This document shows positions 52,955-58,357 of a DNA stretch of 58,357 bases, piece by piece. The position numbers were made by a program, and so were the translations under genes. The notes beneath the pieces are model-generated. The model did not search any database. It saw only the letters and a program-made list of their open reading frames with translations, and was not told where the DNA came from. Each line of letters opens with the position of its first letter. The first letter of the stretch is position 1. Source of the stretch: Candidatus Omnitrophota bacterium (GTDB lineage Bacteria > Omnitrophota > Gorgyraeia > Gygaellales > JAHJCI01). Location of the stretch: NCBI GenBank assembly GCA_043812035.1, contig JBDRMR010000072.1:1-58357 (forward strand), read 5' to 3'.

Positions 52955-53934
52955 TATCCCAAACCCGCAACCATTGCCGCATTGTCGGTGCAAAATTCTT
53001 TCGGAGAAAAATAAACCCTTAAACGGTTAATACCCGCCTCATTCCCGAATTTCTCTCTGAGGCGACTATTTGCCGCAACGCCTCCCCCCACAACCAATTG
53101 GTCCGTCTTGTTTAACCTGCAAGCTAAAACGGATTTCCTGACGAGCGCATCAATGACTGCTTCCTGAAAAGAGGCAGCCACGTCTCGAATAACGGGCAGC
53201 GGGCAGCGGGAAGCGGAGAACGGAGAATGCTTCCCGCGCCCCGTATCGCGTTTCCCGCCACCCGTTCCCCGAACATAATACAACACTGCCGTCTTTATCC
53301 CGCTAAAACTGAAGTCCAAAGGACGCTGGGTATTGCTGCATCTGAACTTTATACTCGCGGGATTTCCTTTTTTTGCAAACTTCTCAATAACCGGGCCGCC
53401 GGGAAAACTTAATCCTAAAATGCCGGCAACCTTGTCATATGCCTCTCCGCAGGCATCGTCCCGGGTCGAACCGAGGGGCTTGATTTTAGAGAATCTCTCA
53501 ACGTAAAACAAACTCGTATGCCCTCCGGAAACTACCAGGCCGACAAAAGGAAAACGGGGTTTTTCTTTGTTGAAAAAGGCGGAATAGAGATGGGCGTGCA
53601 GGTGATTTATCTTAACCAAGGGTAAATCCCGCGCGAAGCTCAAAGCCCTGGCGAAACAAATACCGACAAGCAAAGAGCCGTGCAAACCGGGTTGCTCTGT
53701 TACCGCAATCAGCTTTATATTATTTAACTTTGTTCCAGCCTGCTCTAAACTGTCGGCAAAGACGGCGCTTATCGTTTCCGAATGCCTGCGAGAGGCTATT
53801 TCCGGGACTATGCCTCTGTAGCGCCTGTGAAAATTCAAGCTTGATGAAACAATGTTAGAATAAACCTTTTGACCGTTCTCAACTACGGAGACCGCCGTCT
53901 CGTCGCATGAAGTCTCTATGCCTAACACCAACAT
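52933..53934 (-). CDS. tsaD: tRNA N6-adenosine threonylcarbamoyltransferase
   Basis: 333 aa. MLVLGIETSCDETAVSVV, VVSGGHTSL, VVGGGVAANS. Its stop TGA lies inside the TTGACA of cassette C. Confidence 0.9.
   Translation of the reverse strand: MLVLGIETSCDETAVSVVENGQKVYSNIVSSSLNFHRRYRGIVPEIASRRHSETISAVFADSLEQAGTKLNNIKLIAVTEQPGLHGSLLVGICFARALSFARDLPLVKINHLHAHLYSAFFNKEKPRFPFVGLVVSGGHTSLFYVERFSKIKPLGSTRDDACGEAYDKVAGILGLSFPGGPVIEKFAKKGNPASIKFRCSNTQRPLDFSFSGIKTAVLYYVRGTGGGKRDTGRGKHSPFSASRCPLPVIRDVAASFQEAVIDALVRKSVLACRLNKTDQLVVGGGVAANSRLREKFGNEAGINRLRVYFSPKEFCTDNAAMVAGLGYSIRRRH
53191..53267. repeat. imperfect GC-rich hairpin (CGGGCAG/CGGAGAA words) inside tsaD
   Basis: gggaagc...gcttccc 7-bp core. Outer aacgggcagcggg / cccgccacccgtt arms have two C-A mismatches on the plus strand, which are G-U pairs in mRNA sense. 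Encodes GTGGGKRDTGRGKHSPFSASRCPLPV. Confidence 0.7.
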
Positions 53935-55211
53935 TATTTACTCTTATATATCTTGATAGCCTTTAATACGTCCACTGCCCGCATCAATTGGTTATCGGTC
54001 AGGTATTTCCCGGGAACTTCCTTCGCCTGCTCTTGCTTTCCTTCGCTCTCCTCTAATCCTTGAAAAATATCGGCTATGGATTTCTCCTCTTGTTCGGCCA
54101 GCTCGATCTTGCCTTCTTCTACGATTATGTCGGGATTAACGCCCTGACCGTGGATTACCCGCCCGTTCGGGCTAAAATACTTACTGGTGGTCAATCTAAT
54201 CGCGGAGCCGTCGTTTAAAGGGATGACGGTTTGAACCGAGCCCTTTCCGAAGGTCTTGGTGCCCAATATAATTGCCCGCTTATAATCCTGCAATGCCGCA
54301 GCTACGATTTCGCTTCCCGACGCAGACCCGTTGTTTACCAAAATCACCAAAGGCAGGCTTAAATCCGGCTCCCTGCTCTTAGAATCGAATTCCATGTTTT
54401 GATTTTCTTTCCTTCCCCGGGTGGAGACTATAAGCTGGCCTTTTTCCACAAAGTTCTCCGTAATCTTAACTGCGGCGTCAAGCAACCCTCCCGGATTATT
54501 CCTTAAATCGAGAATCAGCGCATCCATGCCTTGCGATTTTAATTTTTGCACCGCCTTGCCGAATTCATCCGGCGTATTTTGACGAAATTCAACGAGGCGG
54601 ATATAACCTATGCCCTCATCCAATATCTGCGCCTCTTTTATATCCTTTATCTTTATAATTTCCCGGATAATCTTAAATTCCAGAAGCTTATCTTTTCCCT
54701 CTCTCAGCACGGTTATGCTTACCTGTGAACCGGGCTTGCCCCGCAGCTTCTTTACGGCTTCGAGCAGGTTAATATCTCGGGTAAGTTCTCCGTCGATTTT
54801 TACGATATGGTCTCCTGCCTTTATCCCCGCCTGCCAAGCGGGAGTATCCTCAATCGGCGTCACCACGGTAAGTAGTCCGTCCTTGAGGGTTATCTCGATT
54901 CCCAAGCCGCCGAATTCTCCGGTAGTATCTACCTTCAACTCATTGTATGTATCCGGGTCCATAAATTGGCTGTGTGGGTCCAGAGAGTCGAGCATCCCTG
55001 TGAGCGCTCCGTAAACCAGCTCTTTGGAATCGACCTCTTCAACGTAGTCGTTTTTTATGATTGCGAAGCCGTCGGAAAATAAATTTATATTTCTATATAA
55101 ATCGTCCTTCTTCTCTGCTTGCTTCTCCTGGGAAATCGCGATTGAGCCGATAACCACAGCCGCGGCTAAAACTGAAATCAACATCGAAAATTTTAATATC
55201 TTTCTTCGCAT
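53934..55211 (-). CDS. ctpA: carboxy-terminal processing protease (S41) with PDZ domain
   Basis: Start set at ATG 55211 (MRRKILKF...). The ORF-track TTG start lies in the cassette SD. GSASGSEIVAAAL, KTFGKGSVQ. Confidence 0.9.
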   Translation of the reverse strand: MRRKILKFSMLISVLAAAVVIGSIAISQEKQAEKKDDLYRNINLFSDGFAIIKNDYVEEVDSKELVYGALTGMLDSLDPHSQFMDPDTYNELKVDTTGEFGGLGIEITLKDGLLTVVTPIEDTPAWQAGIKAGDHIVKIDGELTRDINLLEAVKKLRGKPGSQVSITVLREGKDKLLEFKIIREIIKIKDIKEAQILDEGIGYIRLVEFRQNTPDEFGKAVQKLKSQGMDALILDLRNNPGGLLDAAVKITENFVEKGQLIVSTRGRKENQNMEFDSKSREPDLSLPLVILVNNGSASGSEIVAAALQDYKRAIILGTKTFGKGSVQTVIPLNDGSAIRLTTSKYFSPNGRVIHGQGVNPDIIVEEGKIELAEQEEKSIADIFQGLEESEGKQEQAKEVPGKYLTDNQLMRAVDVLKAIKIYKSK

Positions 55212-55395
55212 AACCGTTTCCTCCTTCAATGAGCAGATAACTTATGGAGCGTAAGCGACATAAGTTATAGGCATTGACATCGTAGATGTCAATGCCGTCT
55301 GCGAATTGAACCCTTGACATTTTGTTACTACAAAATGTCAAGGGTCAAATTCAGACATAGAACTTAGCTTCGCTATCGCTCGCTAAGTTCTGTCT
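55212..55395 (-). promoter_or_regulatory. leader cassette copy D: core 55220-55310, hairpin X 55311-55344, hairpin Y 55354-55394
   Basis: The core is 100% identical to 52864-52954. X is CCCTTGACATTTTG-TAGTAAC-CAAAATGTCAAGGG. Y is GACAGAACTTAGC-GAGCGATAGCGAA-GCTAAGTTCTATGTC and starts 1 nt after the gatB stop. Confidence 0.85.
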
Positions 55396-56820
55396 TCATT
55401 TGATTAATCTCTTCTTCAATATCTCCAATACCGCCTTGGGATTAGCCTTGCCTTTGGACTTTCGCATAACCTGACCGACTAAATACTGAACGGCGTTCTC
55501 TTTGCCGCCTAAATAATCGTTAGCCGAATCCGGGTTTTCCCGTATGGACTCTTCTATAATTTTATCCAGGGCTTCTCCGGCGGAAATCTGGATTAAATTC
55601 TTCCTCTCGACAATTATCTCAGGAGCCTCGCCGGTTTCGATCATCTCGGTTAAAACACCCTTGGCTGCGATATTGGAAATCTTGCCCTCCCTGGATAACT
55701 TAATCAGGCTTGATAGATTCTCCGGCATAAGGTTCAAATCGGCAATGCTCAGTTTGCGGTTATTTAGTTCGGAAAGCAAAGGGCCGCTAATCCAGTTGAC
55801 AATCATTTTTGCCTCAGGATAAAATTTAAAACAATCTTCGAAAAATTCGGCAAGCTCTTTCTCCGAAGTTAAAATACGCGTATCGTATTCCGAAAGCCGG
55901 TAATCCCGCATAAAACGCTCCTCTTTTTGCCGGGGTAATTCAGGCAAGGACTTTTCTATCTCCTGTCGCATCCTTGAATCGATAACAAAAGGAGGCAGGT
56001 CCGGCTCGGGGAAATAGCGATAATCCTGGGCTTCCTCCTTTGTGCGCATTGGGCAAGTTCTTTGGCCCTGGACATCCCACAATCGCGTTTCCTGAATTAC
56101 CTTGCCCCCGCTCTGCAGTAATTTTGTCTGACGTTTTAATTCAAATTCCAGAGCGTCGCGAACCCCCCTAAAAGAATTCATATTCTTCAACTCTGTCTTG
56201 ATCCCTAAAACAAGTTCGTCTTTTTTCTTAACTGATATATTGGCATCGCACCTCAAAATTCCCTTTTCCATATCGCAACTTGAAATCCCCAGATACCGGA
56301 TGGTTTGTTTTAAGGTTACTAAATACTCGTAAGCCTCCTGCGGCGAATTAATGTCCGGACAGCTCACTATCTCAAGGAGCGGTATGCCGGTCCGGTTAAA
56401 ATCAACTAAACTTACGTCTTCTTCATGAATCAATTTCCCCGCGTCCTCTTCCAGATGCACCCGTTTAATGCCGATACGCTTCTGTCCGCCGTTTAAGCCC
56501 ATGTTCAAAAACCCGTCCTGGCCTATAGGTAAATCGTACTGGGAAATCTGATAATTCTTTGGTAAATCTGGATAAAAATAGTTCTTGCGGTCGAATTTAG
56601 TGAATTCGGCAACCCGGCAGTTCAGCGCAATCGCCACTTTTACGGCGTATTCAAAAGCCTTTTGGTTAAACACCGGCAGACACCCCGGCAGGCCCAAACA
56701 AACCGGGCAAACCTGAGAATTCGGCTGGCTGCCGAATTCGGTCGAGCATCCGCAAAATATCTTGGTGTCTGTTTTTAGCTGAACGTGAACCTCTAATCCG
56801 ATTACTGCCTCATATTCCAT
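55396..56820 (-). CDS. gatB: Asp/Glu-tRNA amidotransferase subunit B
   Basis: 474 aa. MEYEAVIGLEVHVQLKTDTKIFC. Confidence 0.97.
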   Translation of the reverse strand: MEYEAVIGLEVHVQLKTDTKIFCGCSTEFGSQPNSQVCPVCLGLPGCLPVFNQKAFEYAVKVAIALNCRVAEFTKFDRKNYFYPDLPKNYQISQYDLPIGQDGFLNMGLNGGQKRIGIKRVHLEEDAGKLIHEEDVSLVDFNRTGIPLLEIVSCPDINSPQEAYEYLVTLKQTIRYLGISSCDMEKGILRCDANISVKKKDELVLGIKTELKNMNSFRGVRDALEFELKRQTKLLQSGGKVIQETRLWDVQGQRTCPMRTKEEAQDYRYFPEPDLPPFVIDSRMRQEIEKSLPELPRQKEERFMRDYRLSEYDTRILTSEKELAEFFEDCFKFYPEAKMIVNWISGPLLSELNNRKLSIADLNLMPENLSSLIKLSREGKISNIAAKGVLTEMIETGEAPEIIVERKNLIQISAGEALDKIIEESIRENPDSANDYLGGKENAVQYLVGQVMRKSKGKANPKAVLEILKKRLIK

Positions 56821-56949
56821 AATTATTATAGTCTCAGTTACTGGCGGTTACTGTTAGTTACTGACGGTTACTTTTTTGTAACCGACAATAACCATTAGTA
56901 ACAAACTGTCGTTTTGCTTGGATTCAGTAACTATCAGTAACTATAAAAA
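56821..56949. repeat. 129-nt gatA-gatB spacer made of GTTACTG/GTAAC words (long imperfect hairpin)
   Basis: cagttactggcggttactgttagttactgacggttac-ttttttg-taaccgacaataaccattagtaacaaactg, followed by cagtaactatcagtaactat. Shares ttttttgtaacc with the hisI tail region. Confidence 0.8.
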
Positions 56950-58357
56950 TTATATTTTCGGTTTCCTGAGATGCCAATCGGTATTCTGCTCATACGTATA
57001 AGCGACGCGAAAGAGCATCTCCTCGTTAAAGTGCTTCGCCATAATCTGCAGGCCGACCGGAAGACCTTCTTTAGTGAATCCGCAGGGTATTGATATCGCC
57101 GGAATTCCGGCCAAATTAGCGCTGATGGTAAATATGTCGGATAAATACATCTTCAGGGGATCTTTGATCCTCTCTCCTGTCTTGAACGCAGCGGTAGGAG
57201 AGGTAGGCGTAACAATACAGTCAACGGCATTGAAAGCCTTGTCGAAATCCTGTTTAATAAGGGTCCTTACCTTTTGAGCGCTCAGATAGTAAGCATCATA
57301 GTAGCCGTAAGACAGAGCAAAGGTTCCTAATATTATCCTCCTCTTCGCTTCCTGGCCGAAACCCTGGTTTCGAGTGGCTTTATACATACTAATTAACCTG
57401 TTTTCTGTTTCATGCTCTCCGTCTTCTGCCCTTAAACCGTATTGAACTCCGTCAAACCTGGCTAAGTTCGAGCTCGCCTCGGCAGTAGCAATAATATAAT
57501 AAACCGGCACTGCATAATCAGTATGGGAGAGACTTATCTTACGAACCTCCGCGCCCAATTGTTTCAATTTATCTATCGCTTCCGAGACTATATCTTTTAC
57601 CTGCTTATCGATTCCCTCGACAAAATACTCCTCTGGGACGCCGAGCTTTATGCCCTCAACGTCATTGACCAGGTTTCGGACATAATCGGGAACGGGAATA
57701 TTCGCCGACGTAGAATCAAGCGGGTCATATCCGGCAATTTCCTTTAAAACCAGGGCGCAGTCTCTGACGTCTTTGGCAATCGGCCCTATCTGGTCGAGGC
57801 TGGATGCAAAAGCAACCAGGCCGTAGCGGGAAACCCTGCCGTAAGTGGGCTTAAGCCCGACCACCCCGCAAAAGCTGGCCGGCTGCCTTATCGAGCCGCC
57901 GGTATCCGAACCCAAAGACACGATTGCCTCGTCTGCGGCTACGGCGGCAGCGCTGCCTCCGGAAGAGCCTCCGACTACCCGCTCTAAATCCCAGGGATTA
58001 CTTGTCGGGCCGAAACAGGAATTTTCCGTCGACGACCCAAAGGCGAATTCATCCATATTATTTTTTATTTCTAAAATCCGGGCTCCCGCTTTAATTAACC
58101 TCTCGATTACGGTGGCGTTGTAGGGCGGCTTAAATCCCCGTAAAATCTTTGAGCAGCATTCCGTACTTAATCCCCTGGTGCAAATGTTATCCTTGATTGA
58201 GACGGGAATACCCATTAAGGGAGCTGATGACTGATGGCTGAAAGTTGAAAGGTCTGAAAAACTTGAATCAGAAAGTCTGACATAAGCCTTAATCTTAGAC
58301 TCTACTTTCTTAATCCTGTTTTTTATGGAATTGATTATCTCTTGAGGAGTAATTTCG
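56950..58357 (-). CDS. gatA: Asp/Glu-tRNA amidotransferase subunit A; N-terminus beyond the right edge
   Basis: Amidase signature [13 protein letters not shown]. Hand translation upstream of the ORF-track Met stays open to the window edge ([57 protein letters not shown]). Confidence 0.95.
   Translation of the reverse strand, partial: EITPQEIINSIKNRIKKVESKIKAYVRLSDSSFSDLSTFSHQSSAPLMGIPVSIKDNICTRGLSTECCSKILRGFKPPYNATVIERLIKAGARILEIKNNMDEFAFGSSTENSCFGPTSNPWDLERVVGGSSGGSAAAVAADEAIVSLGSDTGGSIRQPASFCGVVGLKPTYGRVSRYGLVAFASSLDQIGPIAKDVRDCALVLKEIAGYDPLDSTSANIPVPDYVRNLVNDVEGIKLGVPEEYFVEGIDKQVKDIVSEAIDKLKQLGAEVRKISLSHTDYAVPVYYIIATAEASSNLARFDGVQYGLRAEDGEHETENRLISMYKATRNQGFGQEAKRRIILGTFALSYGYYDAYYLSAQKVRTLIKQDFDKAFNAVDCIVTPTSPTAAFKTGERIKDPLKMYLSDIFTISANLAGIPAISIPCGFTKEGLPVGLQIMAKHFNEEMLFRVAYTYEQNTDWHLRKPKI

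Noticed and set aside
52785-52982. Possible small conserved peptide. ORFs 52785..52982, 55093..55341 and the N-terminus of 51750..52406 all translate to (Q)FA(D/G)GIDI(Y/K)DVNAY(N/D)LCR...LLIEGG.
   Set aside because: These ORFs are the leader cassette read in one frame. They are fused in frame to the downstream gene only in copy B. Differences between copies are non-synonymous, include an indel, and are compensatory at the base-pair level. No start codon or SD of their own is conserved.
55354-55394. Hairpins Y and X of the cassette, and the word hairpins, as canonical Rho-independent terminators.
   Set aside because: None is followed by a U-tract in mRNA sense. A terminator or processing role remains possible but cannot be called from sequence.

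Overview
This 58.4 kb window is a densely packed bacterial chromosome segment. I count 64 protein-coding genes and 2 tRNAs, and all but three CDS are on the minus strand. Two genes run off the window edges: glyQS at the left and gatA at the right.

Most of the content is housekeeping:
- panB/panE, nfnAB-like oxidoreductase, apbE, polX
- the phoH / HD-hydrolase / ybeY / recO block
- aspS, hisS, an HU-like protein
- a surA-pdxA-rsmA block, mfd, yajC-secDF, rpsP, trpE
- a his operon (hisD-B-H-A-F-I)
- acpS, pdxJ, cdaA, folP, ftsH, tilS, tsaD, ctpA, gatB/gatA

There is also a partial Wood-Ljungdahl carbonyl-branch cluster (acsC, the RACo activator, acsD, acsE). It is split by a six-gene sensory and pseudopilin island: a STAS-kinase fusion, a CHASE2-PP2C phosphatase, a FecR-like protein, three pseudopilins and a GAF-HD-GYP protein.

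I found no transposase, integrase, CRISPR array, rRNA or recognisable defence system.

The most unusual signals are non-coding:
1. A roughly 91-94 nt multi-hairpin leader cassette occurs four times, each time ending in the Shine-Dalgarno sequence of an unrelated gene. Two copies are 100% identical. The others carry compensatory base-pair changes and invariant TC/TC internal loops. The cassette also contains a near-consensus sigma70-like promoter.
2. A pervasive class of hairpins is built from short 7-12 nt tandem words. They fill intergenic spacers and also sit in frame, without stop codons, in linkers and termini of conserved enzymes.

All functional calls rest on recognisable protein motifs read from the ORF track or from hand translation. 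No database search was possible.
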